Source: Pristiophorus japonicus (Eukaryota). Taken from it: 64,000 nucleotides of DNA. Where the stretch lies: positions 744,001 through 808,000 of the forward strand of contig NW_027251299.1 in NCBI RefSeq assembly GCF_044704955.1, written 5' to 3'. Of the stretch, positions 11,050-23,818 are shown in pieces. The notes under the pieces were generated by a model, which saw only the letters and a program-made list of their open reading frames with translations, was not told the DNA's origin and did no database searches. The translations under genes were made by a program, and so were the position numbers. Numbering within the stretch: the stretch's first letter is position 1; every line of letters begins with the position of its first letter.

Positions 11050-13690
11050 TAGGGGCAGTGAGTGACCGTGAGCTGCCCCAGGGAGGGGGCAGTGTGTGAT
11101 GTCCCTCTGGGGGGTGTGGGGGGGAAACTATGTGCAGTGAGTGACCGTGAACTGCCCCGGGGTGGGAGCAGTGTGTGATGTCCCTGTGGGGGGTGGGGGG
11201 CAGGACATATTGTGCAATGAGTGAAACAGATCTGCCCCGGGGAGGGGGCCGTGTGTGATGTCCCTGTGTAAGATTAAATTGGAAGTCTCTTTGGATTGTC
11301 TGCTCAATGTACTGAAGGTGAAACTACATTATTTATTATTTTCAACAGTTTGCAAATTTTATGTGTGAATCTACCTTGAAAGAAGCGAAATGTGCGATAA
11401 ACTAAGAAAGTTCTGAGCTCCCGGGTGTTATTTCCCAGTGATAATACCTGTGTTTCCCATTGATAATGTGTGATTGAAACACCATAGTCACTGGTGACAG
11501 AGCCAGATCCTTGCGTCAGCAGAAACTCCAAAGCCATGTGTTAGTCATTGCAGAAAGTAGTTTTTGAAAGAAAGTCTTTGGTTCAATTTACACTTGCAAT
11601 GCCTCATCCTGAAAAATACTCTCCAAAGCCAGTGTTCTTACAGGTGGATGCAGTTTGTGATCTCCATGTGAGGTACAGTTTCTTCAGGTCATGTCCCTGA
11701 GCAGCCCCATGGATTGGGCAGTGTGTGATGTCCCTGCAGGGTGCAGTACGTTCTGAGTCTTACACTTAGCTGCCACAGGGATGGGGCACTGTTTGATGTC
11801 CCTGTGGGTTGTAGTGTCTGACCTGAGCTGCCCCAGGGAGGGGGCAGTGTGTGATTTCCCTGTGGTGTGCAGCGACTGACCCTCAGCTGCTATAGGGAAA
11901 GGGCGTTGCGTGATGTCCCTGTGGGGTGCAGTGTCTGACGCTCAGCTGCACCACGGAGCGGGCAGTGTGTGATGCCCCTGCAGGGTGCAGTACGTTCTGA
12001 GTCTGACCCTTATCAGCCACAGGGAGGGGGCAATGTGCGATGACCCTGTGGGTGCAGTGTCTCACCCTAAGCTGCCCCAGGGAGGGAGCAGTGTGTGATG
12101 TCCCTTTAGGGTGCAGTACGTTCTGAATCTTACACTTAGCTGCCACAGGGATGGGGCAGTGTGTGATGGCCCTGTGGGTTGCAGTGTCTGACCTTAGCTG
12201 CCCCATGGAGGGGGCAGTGTGTGATTTCCCTGTGGTGTGCAGTGACTGACCCGCAGCTGCTATAGGGAAAGGGCGTTGCGTGATGTCCCTGTGGGGTGCA
12301 GTGTCTGACGCTCAGCTGCACCAGGGAGCGGGCAGTGTGTGATGTCCCTGCAGGGTGCAGTACGTTCTGAGTCTGACCCTTATCAGCCACAGGGAGGGGG
12401 CAATGTGCGATGACCCTGTGGGTGCAGTGTCTCACCCTAAGCTGCCCCAGGGAGGGAGCAGTGTGTGATGTCCCTTTAGGGTGCAATACGTTCTGAATCT
12501 TACACTTAGCTGCCACAGGGATGGGGCAGTGTGTGATGGCCCTGTGGGTTGCAGTGTCTGACCTGAGCTGCCCCATGGAGGGGGCAGTGTGTGATTTCCC
12601 TGTGGTGTGCAGTGACTGACCCTCAGCTGCTATAGGGAAAGGGCGTTGCGTGATGTCCCTGTGGGGTGCAGTGTCTGATCCTGAGCTGCCCCAGGAAGCG
12701 GGCAGTGTGTGACGTCAATATGTGGTCGGGGGAGGGGGGAGCACTTTGAGCAGTGAGTGACTGTGAGCTGCCCCAGGGAGTGGGCAGTGTGTGATGTCAC
12801 TGTTTGGTGCAGTGTCTGAACATCAGCTGCGCCAATGAGGGGGCAGTGTGTGATGTCTCTGTGGGGGGTTGGCACTTTATGCAGCGAGTGACCCTGAGCC
12901 GGCCGTGTCTAATGTCTCTGTGGAGAGCAGTATGTTGCAATTATGACCCTGAGTTTCCCCAGGGAGGGGATAACGTGTGATGTCCCTGTGGGGAGCAGTG
13001 TGTTCAGTGTCTGACCCTGAGCTGCCCCAGGGAGGGGATAATGTGTGATATCCCTGTGGAGTGCAGTGTGTTCAGTGTCTGACCCTGAGCTGCCCCAGGG
13101 AGGGGATAATGTGTGATATCCCTGTGGAGTGCAATGTGTTCAGTGTCTGACCCTGAGCTGCCCCCGGGAGGGGGTAATGTGTGATGTCCCTGTGGAGTGC
13201 AGTGTGTTCAGTGTCTGACCCTGAGCTGCCCCCGGGAGGGGGTAATGTGTGATGTCCCTGTGGAGCGCAGTGTGTTCAGTGTCTGACCCTGAGCTGCCCC
13301 AGGGAGGGGATAATGTGTGATGTCCCTGTGGGGTGCAGTGTGTTCAGTGTCTGACCGTGAGCTGCCCGCGGGAGGGGGTAATGTGTGATGTCCCTGTGGG
13401 GTGCAGTGTGTTCAGTGTCTGACCGTGAGCTGCCCCAGGGAGGGGATAATGTGTGATGTCCCTGTGGGGTGCAGTGTGTTCAGTGTCTGACCGTGAGCTG
13501 CCCGCGGGAGGGGGTAATGTGTGATGTCCCTGTGGGGTGCAGTGTGTTCAGTGTCTGACCCTGAGCTGCCCCAAGGAGGGAGCAGTGTGTGATGTCCCTG
13601 TGGGGGGTGGGGGGTTGGGGTCAGGGGGTGGCACTTTGAGCAGTGAGTGACTGTGAGCTGCCCCGACGTTGGGGCAGTGTATGATGTGCC
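11050..13690. repeat. 67/68-bp GC-rich satellite (gagctgccccagggaggg..cagtgtgtgatgtccctgtggg), including a 370-bp higher-order repeat
   Basis: Tandem units; variant ctgctatagggaaagggcgttgcg recurs near 11881, 12251 and 12621. Confidence 0.9.
11349..11643 (+). pseudogene. Decayed Ig-superfamily-like exon, copy 1
   Basis: ttttcaacag acceptor and ag|gt end; 295 nt; C...(TGA at the Trp position)...GSIYTC; paralogous to 14921-15214. Confidence 0.4.
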
Positions 13691-13756
13691 TGCGTAAGAT
13701 TAAATTGGAACTCTCTTTGGACTGTCTGCTCAAAAGACTGAAGCTGACACCACACT

Positions 13757-14902
13757 GCGAATAGTTCAGATTTTATTTAAGGATAAGCGAGAATTAATAA
13801 CGGAGTTGAGCAGAAGTTTTCTAATTAAAAATGAGAATGATATTACTCGTGATGGTGATTTGGGAAGGAGGAAGGATTATTCCTCGTTCCTGCTACTGAT
13901 ATACCGTCTGCCCCTCTCTGGATCGGTGCCTTTCCTGACACGACCACGATGAGAATAATCCAAATTCATGAAGATACACCCCAGGAACTGAGCCACCAAA
14001 AAATCTGTCCAAGGGTGTATCTCCTGGTGTGGGTTATTAAAAATATAACACTCACACGTAAGGTCATTTATCGAGAAAAGTGTTGTTTATTAAAACCAGA
14101 TTAATCAACGGAGATCCAGCCTCATTAGTACCGTTACTGACTGCTCTCAACGCCGATCTCATGGGACAAGCTACGCAGTTACATTCTTATATAGTTCAAA
14201 TACAGTCAAAATGGTGGAACTACGCGGGGAAGTGTTCTATTGGTTAATACAGGTTACAGCAATTTCATTTGGTGGTACAGTAACATTAATTTTATTGGAT
14301 ACAGTAAATTCTAATGATTCCATTGGTTCATTCAGTTCTGGCGACTGTTGCTGTGGAAAAGCCTCTGCAGGTTTTGTGTTACTTTCCTGCGAAGCTCTTC
14401 CCAGGCTAATTCTCAGGCTCATGTTCTTGGCAGACATATGGCTACCGTCTGCTTAAAAGAGGCATTGTCCCTGTTATCTCCTGTGGCTGGAACATCGTGG
14501 CCTCCTCTCATTATATTTGTGAGGTGTCTACATAAATCTTATGGGTGCACTAATCACCTTAGAGAATTTCTCTGACTGTAGTGTTTCTGCCTAACACAGC
14601 TGTTCTACCATGAACGCACTTTAAATTTTGCTCTCAGACTTTCTTACTTTATTTAAATTACACCTCATTACTTTACCCCTAATTCAGGTATTTCGCTCTT
14701 ACACTCCTATAGATCCACATCTTCCCAGTCTGGAGCCTGGGACCCTCTGTCTCCAGGCATTGGTTTTGACAGATCTTATCTTCAACCTCAGTACAAGCTT
14801 TTTCTGTTATGTTTTTCAGCTTCCATGCTGACGACGCAACACAGGATTTTGATAGTAATGAGTCCTAACTAAGTGCATTACAATTTGAAAAAACGATTTA
14901 TA
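13757..14902 (-). mobile_element. LTR-like insertion (putative LTR 14006-14882 plus PBS/leader)
   Basis: Absent from the paralogous segment at 11300-11348; minus strand has TG...CA ends, CCAAT (14239-14243), TATATAA (14187-14193), AATAAA (14086-14091), then TGGTGG PBS-like at 13998. Confidence 0.5.
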
Positions 14903-14920
14903 ATTTATTATTTTCAACAG

Positions 14921-15214
14921 TTTGCAAGTGCTCTGTGTCATTCTACGTTCAGAGAAGTGAGATGAGCGACAAACTAAGACAGATCTGAGCTCCTCGGTGC
15001 TATTTCCCAGTGATAATACGTTTGTTTCCGAGTGATAATGTGTGATGTAACACCATAGTGACTGGTGGCAGAGCCAGGACCTTGCGTCAGCATAAAATCC
15101 AAAGCAGTGTCTTTGTCTTTGCAGAAGCAAGCTTTTCAATGAACGTCTTTGGTTCATTTTACACTTGCAATACCTAATCCCTCAAAATATACTCCGAAGC
15201 CTGTATTCTTACAG
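14921..15214 (+). pseudogene. Decayed Ig-superfamily-like exon, copy 2
   Basis: 294 nt, phase 1/1, one frame with 3 stops; Cys at 14998, TGA 15 codons later, FYTC with Cys at 15166. Confidence 0.45.
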
Positions 15215-15249
15215 GTGCATGCATGTTGTGATCACCCTGTGAGGTGCAT

Positions 15250-18200
15250 GTCCCTGAGCTGCCCCAGGGAGCGGACAATGTGTGATGACCCTGTGGGGTG
15301 CAGTTTCTCATTCTGAGCTGCCCCAAGGAGGGTGCAGTGTGTGATGTCCCTGTGGTGTGCAGGGAATTCAGTGTCTGGCCCTGAGCTGCCCTAGAGAGGG
15401 GCAGTGTGTGATGTCCCTGTGGGGTGCAGTAAGGCGTGAGTCTGTCCCTAGGCTGCCCCAGGGATGGGGAAGTGCGTGATATCACTGTGGGGTGCAGCGT
15501 CTGAGCCTGAGCTGCCTCAGAGAGGGGCAGTGTGTAATGTCCCTGTGTGCTGCAGTGTCTGACCCTAAGCTGCTCTAGGGAGCGGGCTGTGTATGCTGTC
15601 CCTATGCGGTGTGGCTTGTTCAGTGTCTGCCCCTGAGCTTCCCCGGGGTGCAAGCAGTGCGTGATGTCCTGTGGGGTGAAGTAAGGCGTGAGTCTAACCC
15701 TGAGCTGCCCCAGGGAGGGGGTAGTGTGTGTTGACACTGTGGGGTGCAGTTTCTGACCTGAGATGCCCCAGGGAGGGGCGGTGTTTGATGTCCTGTTGGG
15801 GTGCAGTGTCTGACCCTGAGCTGCCCCAAGGAGCGGGCAAAGTGTGATGATGATGTGGGGTGCAGAATGCTCAGTGTCTGACCCTGAGCTGCCCCAGGGA
15901 GGGGGCAGTGAGAAATGTCCCGGTGGGATGCAGTAAGTGGCGAGTCTGACGCTGAGCTGCCCCACGGAGGGGCAGTGTGTGATGTCCCTGTGGGTGCAGT
16001 ATGTTCAGTGTTTGACCCAGAGCTGCCCCACAGAGGGGCAGTGTGTGATGTCCCTGTGGGTGCAGTATGTTCAGTGTCTGACCCAGAGCTGCCCCACAGA
16101 GGGGCAGTGTGTGATGTCCCTGTGGGTGCAGTATGTTCAGTGTTTGACCCAGAGCTGCCCCAGGGAGTGTGCAGTGTGTGATGTCTCTGTGGGTGCAGTA
16201 TGTTCAGTGTTTGACCCAGAGCTGCCCCAGGGAGGGTGCAGTGTGTGATGTCCCTGTGGGTGCAGTATGTTCAGTGTCTGACCCAGAGCTGCCCCAGGGA
16301 GTGTGCAGTGTGTGATGACCCTGTGGGTGCAGTATGTTCAGTGTCTGACCCAGAGCTGCCCCAGGGAGTGTGCAGTGTGTGATGACCCTGTGGGTGCAGT
16401 ATGTTCAGTGTTTGACCCAGAGCTGCCCCAGGGAGGGTGCAGTGTGTGATATCCCTGTGGGTGCAGTATGTTCAGTGTCTGATCCAGAGCTGCCCCAGGG
16501 AGGGTGCAGTGTGTGATGTCCCTGTGGGTGCAGTATGTTCAGTGTCTGATCCAGAGCTGCCCCAGGGAGGGTGCAGTGTGTGATGTCCCTGTGGGTGCAG
16601 TATGTTCAGTGTCTGATCCAGAGCTGCCCCAGGGAGGGTGCAGTGTGTGATGTCCCTGTGGGTGCAGTATGTTCAGTGTCTGACCCAGAGCTGCCCCACG
16701 GAGGGGCAGTGTGTGATGTCCCTGTGGGTGCAGTATGTTCAGTGTTTGACCCAGAGCTGCCCCAGGGAGGGTGCAGTGTGTGATGTCCCTGTGGGTGCAG
16801 TATGTTCAGTGTCTGATCCAGAGCTGCCCCAGGGAGGGTGCAGTGTGTGATGACCCTGTGGGTGCAATATGTTCAGTGTCTGATCCAGAGCTTCCCCAGG
16901 GAGTGTGCAGTGTGTGATGACTCTGTGGGTGCAGTATGTTCAGTGTCTGACCAAGAGCTGCCCCAGGGAGTGTGCAGTGTGTGATGACCCTGTGGGTGCA
17001 GTATGTTCAGTGTTTGACCCAGAGCTGCCCCAGGGAGTGTGCAGTGTGTGATGACCCTTTGGGTGCAGTATGTTCAGTGTTTGACCCAGAGCTGCCCCAG
17101 GGAGTGTGCAGTGTGTGATGTCCCTGTGGGTGCAGTATGTTCAGTGTTTGACCCAGAGCTGCCCCAGGGAGTGTGCAGTGTGTGATGTCCCTGTGGGTGC
17201 AGTATGTTCATTGTCTGACCCAGAGCTGCCCCAGGGAGGGTGCAGTGTGTGATGTCCCTGTGGGTGCAGTATGTTCAGTGTCTGACCCAGAGCTGCCCCA
17301 GGGAGGGTGCAGTGTGTGATGTCCCTGTGGGGTGCAGAATGTCACAGTCTGACCCAGAGCTGCCCCAGGGAGGGTGCAGTGTGTGATGACCCTGTGGGTG
17401 CAGTATGTTCAGTATTTGACCCAGAGCTGCCCCAGGGAGTGTGCAGTGTGTGATGTCCCTGTGGGATGCAGTATGTTCAGTGTCTGACCCAGAGCTGCCC
17501 CAGGGAGGGTACAGTGTGTGATGTCCCTGTGGGTGCAGTATGTTCAGTGTCTGACCCAGAGCTGTCCCAGGGAGGGTGCTGTGTGTGATGTCCCTGTGGG
17601 GTGCAGAATGTCACAGTCTGACCCAGAGCTGCCCCAGGGAGGGTGCAGTGTGTGATGACCCGGTGGGTGCAGTATGTTCAGTGTCTGACCCAGAGCTGCC
17701 CCAGGGAGTGTGCAGTGTGTGATGACCCTGTGGGATGCAGTAAGTGGTGAGTCTGACCCAGAGCTTCCCCAGGGAGGGTGCAGTGTGTGATGACCCTGTG
17801 GGTGCAGTATGTACAGTTTCTGGCCCAGAGCTGCCCCAGGGAGGGTGCAGTGTGTGATGACCCTGTGGGTGCAGTATGTAGTGTCTGACCTAGAGCTGCC
17901 CCAGGGAGGGTGCAGTGTGTGATGTCCCTGTGGGTGCAGTATGTTCAGTGTTTGACCCAGAGCTGCCCCAGGGCGGGTGCAGTGTGTGATGTCCCTGTGG
18001 GTGCAGTATGTTCAGTGTCTGACCCAGAGCTGCCCCAGGGAGGGTGCAGTGTGTGATGTCCCTGTGGGTGCAGTATGTTCAGTGTCTGACCCAGAGCTGC
18101 CCCAGGGAGAGTGCAGTGTGTGATGACCCTGTGGGTGCAGTATGTTCAGTGTCTGACCCAGAACTGCCCCAGGGAGGGTGCAGTGTGTGATGTCCCTGTG

Positions 18201-18500
18201 GGTGCAGTATGTTCAGTGTTTGACCCAGAGCTGCCCCAGGGAGGGTGCAGTGTGTGATGACCCTGTGGGTGCAGTATGTTCAGTGTCTGACCCAGAGCTG
18301 CCCCAGTGAGGGTGCAGTGTGTGATGACCCTGTGGGTGCAGTATGTACAGTGACTGACCCAGAGCTGCCCCAGGGAGGGTGCAGTGTGTGATGTCCCTGT
18401 AGGGTGCAGTATGTTCAGTGTCTGACCCAGAGCTGCCCCAGTGAGGGTGCAGTGTGTGATGACCCTGTGGGGAGCTGTATGCTCAGAATCTGACCCTGAG
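15250..18500. repeat. 67-bp satellite array
   Basis: Homogeneous unit gggtgcagtatgttcagtgtctgacccagagctgccccagggagggtgcagtgtgtgatgtccctgt, period 67. Confidence 0.95.
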
Positions 18501-18925
18501 CTCTCCTCACACATACTTTTCTCGGGGACATTTCCGCGTCTCTCAGTTGGAATTAAATTGTGGGACATCCCCATCTGCTGGACGCAGGTGGCACTACTGA
18601 ACAGATCGTGATGGCTCAGATCATTCACAGAGTCATCGAATAGCAACATCCGGCCAGGAGAATTAATCTTATTTTCGGTTGTATTGACGACATACTTGGT
18701 AATTTACAGTATTGGTAGTAAGCCTTTAAAAAGACCATCATTCTTTCCTTTGTTTGAAAAATATCCAGAATATTAACCACAGCTCAGGTACAGTTCAGAC
18801 ATGGATGTGATTAAAACTAGCACTAACATCAGAAGTCACAAGGGGAATCTTTTGTGAACTGCTCGGTGTGTGTTTCAGCAGATAGCTCTAATAAGTACCT
18901 CCCTTCCCACACTGGGAGCAGGTGA

Positions 18926-21900
18926 ACATAGACATCGAGAAACAGAGAAAATAGGTGCAGGAGTAGGCCAATCTGCACTTCGGGAGTGCACCGTCATTCA
19001 ATAAGGTCATGGCTGAACATTCCCTCAGTACACCTCTCCTGCTTTCTCTCCATACCCCTTGATGCCCTTAGCTGTAAGCGCCATATCTAACTCCCTCTTG
19101 AATATATCCAATGAAGTGGCATCAACAACTCTCTGCGGCAGGGAATTCCATAGGTTAAGAATTCTCTGAGTGAAGAAGTTTCTCCTCATCTCAGTCGTAA
19201 ATGGCAAACCTCATGTCCTAAGACAAAGTCCCTTCCTAACATCGGAAACATTCTTCCCACATCTAACCTCTCCAGTTGCCTTAGAATCCTGCACGTTTCT
19301 ATGAGATCCCCTCTCATCCTTCTAAACTCAAGTGAATAAAGGCCCAGTTGATCCAGTCTCTCCTCACATGACAGTCCAGCCATCCCGGGAATCAGTCTGG
19401 TGAACCTTCGCTGCACTCCCTCAATAGCAAGAACGTCCTTCCTCAGATTAGGAGACCAAAACTGAACAAAATACTCCAGATGAGATCTCACCAAGGCCCT
19501 GTACAAGGCCCTGCAGTAAGACCACCCTGTTACTATACACAAATCCCCGTGCTATAAAGGTCAACATTGTAATTTGCCTTCTTCACTGCCTGCTGTACCC
19601 GCATGTCAACTTTCAACGACTGATGAACCATGATACCGAGGTCTCGTTGCATCTCCCCTTTTCTTAATCTGGCGCCATTCAGATAATATTCTGCCTTCGT
19701 GTTTTTGCCACCAATTGCAAATTATACCTCATCTGCCATTCATTTGACCATTCACCTGACCTGCCCAATTCAATCTGCAGCCCTTTAACGTCCTTCTCAC
19801 AGCTCACACCGCCACCTAGTTTAGTGTTATCAGCAAACTTGGAGATATTACACTCAATTCCTTCATCTAAATCGTTAATGTATGTTATAAAGAGCTGGGG
19901 TCACAGCACTGAGCCCTGCGGCACTCCACTAGTCACTGCCTCCCATTCTGAAAAGGACCCGTTTATCCCGACTCTCTGCTTCCTGTCTGCCAACCAGTTC
20001 TCTATCCACGTCAGTGCACTACCGCCAATAACATGCGCTTTGATATTGCACACCAATCTCTCGTGCGGGACCTTGTCAAAAGCCTTTTGAAAGTCAAATA
20101 CACCACATCCTCTGTTTCTCCCTTGTCCACTCTGCCAGTTACATCCCCAAAAAATGCCAGAAGATTCGTCAAGCAGGATTCCCCTTTCATAAATCCAAGC
20201 TGACTTGGTCCGATCTTGTCACTGCTTTCCAAATGCGCTGCTTTTTCATACTTAAGGATTGATTCCAACATTTTCCCCACTACTGATGTCAGTCTAACTG
20301 ATCTATAATTACACGCTTTCTCTCTCCCTTCTTCTTTTAAAAGTGGTGTTACGTTAGCTACCCTCCAGTCCATAGGAACTGATCTAGAATCGATAGACTG
20401 TTGGAAAATGATCACCAATGCATCCACTATTTCTAGGGCCGCTTCCTTAAGTACTCTGGTTGCAAACTGTCAGGCTCCTGCTATTTATCGGCCTTCAATC
20501 CCATCAATTTCCCGAAAACAATGTCCTGCCTAATAAGGATATCCTTCAGTTCCTCCTCACTGAACCCATTGTGCCCGCGAACATTCGGAAGGTTATTTGT
20601 GCATTCCTTCGTGAAGACAGAACCGAAGTATTTGTTCAATTGGTCTGCCATTTCTTTGTTCCCCATTATAATTTCACCTGAATCCACTTGCATGCGACCT
20701 ACATTTGCCTTCACTAATCTTTTTCTCTTCACATTTCTTTAGAAGCTCTTGCAGTCAGTTTTTACGTACCTGCAAGCTACCTCTTGTAATCTATGTTCCC
20801 CCTCTCAATTAAATCATTACTCCTCCTCTGTTGAATTCTAAATTTCTCCCAGTCCTCAGTTTTGTAGCTTTTTCAACCAATTTCTATGCCTCTTCCTTGG
20901 CTTTAACACTATCCTTAATTTCCCTTGTTAGCCATGGTTGAGCCACCTTCCCCGTTTTATTTTTACTCCAGACAGGGATGTGCAATTGCTGAAGTCCATC
21001 CATGTGATCTTCAAATGTTTGCCATTGCCTATCCACCGTCAACCCTTTAAGTATCCTTTGCAAGTCTATTCTTGCCAATTCACGCCTCTTACCGTCGAAG
21101 TTACCTTTCCTTAAGTTCAGCACCCTTGTTTGGCGAATTAAATGTGCCACTCTCCATCTTAATATTGAAATATACCATATTATGTTCACTCCTCCCCAAG
21201 GGGCCTCGCACAAAAAGATTGCTAGATAGACCCTTCTCATTACACATCACCAGCTCTCGAGTTGGTTCCTAGACATATTGGTCCAGAAACCATCCCTAAT
21301 ACACTCCAGGAAATCCTCCCCCACCGCATTGCTACCAGTGTGGTTAGCCCAATCAATATGTAGATTAAAGTCGCCCATGATAACTGATGTACCTTTATTA
21401 CATACACCGCTTATTTCTCGTTTGATGCTGTGTCCAACATCACTACTACTGTTTGGTGGTCTGTACACAAGTCCCACTAACGTTTTCTGCCCTTTGGAAT
21501 TCCGCCGCACCACCCATACCTATTCCACATCATCCAGTCTAAAGTTCCTCCTTATTATAGCATTACTTTCCTCTTTAATCAACAACGCCACCCGGTCTTC
21601 TTTTCCTCTCTCCTAACCTTCGAAATGTTGAATACCCCTGGCTGTTGCGTTCCCAACCTTGCTCAACCTGGAGCCATGTCTCTGTGATGCAAAATACATC
21701 AGAGCTATGCAATGCTGTCTGAGCAGTTAATTCGTCCACCTTATTCCGAATACTCCTCACATTGCGGCACAGAGCTTTCAGGCTTGTCTTTTTAACACAC
21801 TTTGCCTCTTTAGAATTTTTCTGTTGTGCGGCCCTTTTTGTTTTTTGCCTTAGGTTTATTTGCCCTCCACCTTTACTATTCCCCATTCTATCTTTTGCTT

Positions 21901-22638
21901 CTGTCTCCATTTTACATCCCTCTGTCTCCCTGCATAGGTTCCCATCCCCCGTGATGTTAGTTTAAGTCCTCCCCAACATCACCAACAAACACTCCCCCTG
22001 GGACATTGGTTCCGGTCCTGCCCAGGTGCAGACCCTCCGGCTTGTACTGGTCCCACCTCCCCCAGAACCGATTCCCATGCCCTAGGAATTTGAACCCTTC
22101 CCTCTTGCACCACTTCTCAAGCCACGTATCCATGTGAGCTATCCTGCGATTCCTCCTCTGACGAGCACGTGGCACTGGTACCGATCTTGAGATTACTACT
22201 TTTGAGATCCTAGCTTTTAATTTAGCTCCTACCTCCCGAAATTCGTCTCGTAGGACCTCATCCCTTTTTTTTTACCTACATCGTCGGAACCGACAGCACT
22301 ATGACAATTGGCTGTTCACCCTCCCTCTTCAGAATGTCCTGCACCCGCTCCGAGACATTCTTCACTGTTGCACCAGTGAGGCAACATACCATCCTGGCAT
22401 CTCGGTTGCGGCTGCAGAAACACCTATCTATTTCCCTTACAATCGAATCCCCTCTCACTAGAGCTGTCCAACTGATTTTCCTGCCCTGCTGTGCAGCAGA
22501 GTCACCCACGGTGCCTTGACCTTGGCTGCTGCTGCTCCACCTGATGAGTCATCCCCCTCAAAAGTACCCAAAGCGGTGTATCTGTTTTGCAGCTGGCTGG
22601 ACGCATGGGACCCCTGCACTCCCTTCCTTGCACTGCTC
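18926..22638 (-). mobile_element. Near full-length decayed CR1 LINE (ORF1 esterase-like, ORF2 endonuclease and RT)
   Basis: GDSIVR esterase motif, endonuclease motifs NVRSI/ITETWL/VYRPPNS/IMGDFN, RT motifs and 3' tail; many disablements. Confidence 0.92.
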
Positions 22639-22725
22639 TCCTCAGTGTCAACTCACTGATGCACCATCAAGCGGGAGGGATGGGTGGATCCATTGCCATA
22701 CACGGTACGTTTAACAGCGTAAGGT

Positions 22726-23818
22726 CATAAGAACATGAGAAATAGGAGTAGGAGGAGGCCACACGGCTCTTCGAGCCTGCTCCACCATTTAATACGACCA
22801 TGCCTGATCTGATCACGGATTCAGGTCAACTTCCCTGCCTGTTCCCCATAACCCCTTATCCCTTAGCCCACATCAGTTAAGAAACTGTCTATTTCTGTCT
22901 TAATTATATTCAATGACCCACCTTCCACAGCGCTCTAAGGCAGCGAATTGAACACCTCTACTAAGCTTTGAGAGAAGAAATTCCTCCTCATATCAGGTTT
23001 AAATGGGCGTTGCACCTCCCCTTTTCCAAATCTGCCGCCATTCAGAATATTAGGAAAAGGGGAGGTGCAACGAGACCTGGCTGTCATGGTACAACAGTCA
23101 TTTAAAGGTGGCATGCAGGTATAGCAGGCGGTGAAGAAGGCAAATTGGTTGTTGGCCTTCATAGCGAGGGGATTTGAATATAGTAGCAGCGAGGTCTTAC
23201 TGCAGTTGTACAGGGCCTCAGTGAGGCCTCACCTGGAATATTGTGTTCAATTTTGGTCTCCTAATCCGAGCAAGGACGTTCTTGCTTTTGAGGGAGTGCA
23301 GCAAAGGTTTACCAGACTGATTCCCGAGATGGCAGGACACATATATGAGGAGAGACTGGAGCGACTGGGACTGTATTCACTGGATTTCAGAAGGATGAGA
23401 AGGGATCTCATAAAAACAACTAACATTCTGACCGGACTCGACAGGGTAGATTCAGGAGGAACATTCCCGATGTTGTCGAAGTCCAGAACCAGGGGACAGT
23501 CTTAGGATAAGGGGTAGGCCATTTAGGACTGAAATGAGGAGAAACGTCTTCACTCAGGGAGTTATTAAGCTGTGGAATTCCCTACTGCAGAGATTTGTTA
23601 ATGCCAGTTAATTGGATAAAGTCAAGAGGGAGTTAGATATGGCCCTTACAGCTAAATGGATGAAGGGTTATGGAGAGAAAGGAGTAAATGGGTACTGAGG
23701 TGAATGATCAGCCATGATCTTATTGAATAGTGGTGCAGGTTCAAAGGGCCGAATGGCCTACTCCTGCAACTATTTTATATGTTTCTCTGTTTTTAATGTC
23801 CCCTTATTCTAAGATTTA
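22726..23818. mobile_element. Nested CR1s: minus-strand 3' fragment (22726-23007, 23800-23818) interrupted by a plus-strand CR1 (23008-23790) with a short 5' inversion
   Basis: Host continuity aaatgggcg|cccttattctaagatt; perfect 20-bp inverted repeat 23008-23027/23053-23072. Confidence 0.8.

Noticed and set aside
15174-18649. Repetitive ORFs and a CRISPR-like regular array
   Set aside because: Head-to-tail 67-bp satellite with no unique spacers, in eukaryotic DNA with no cas genes
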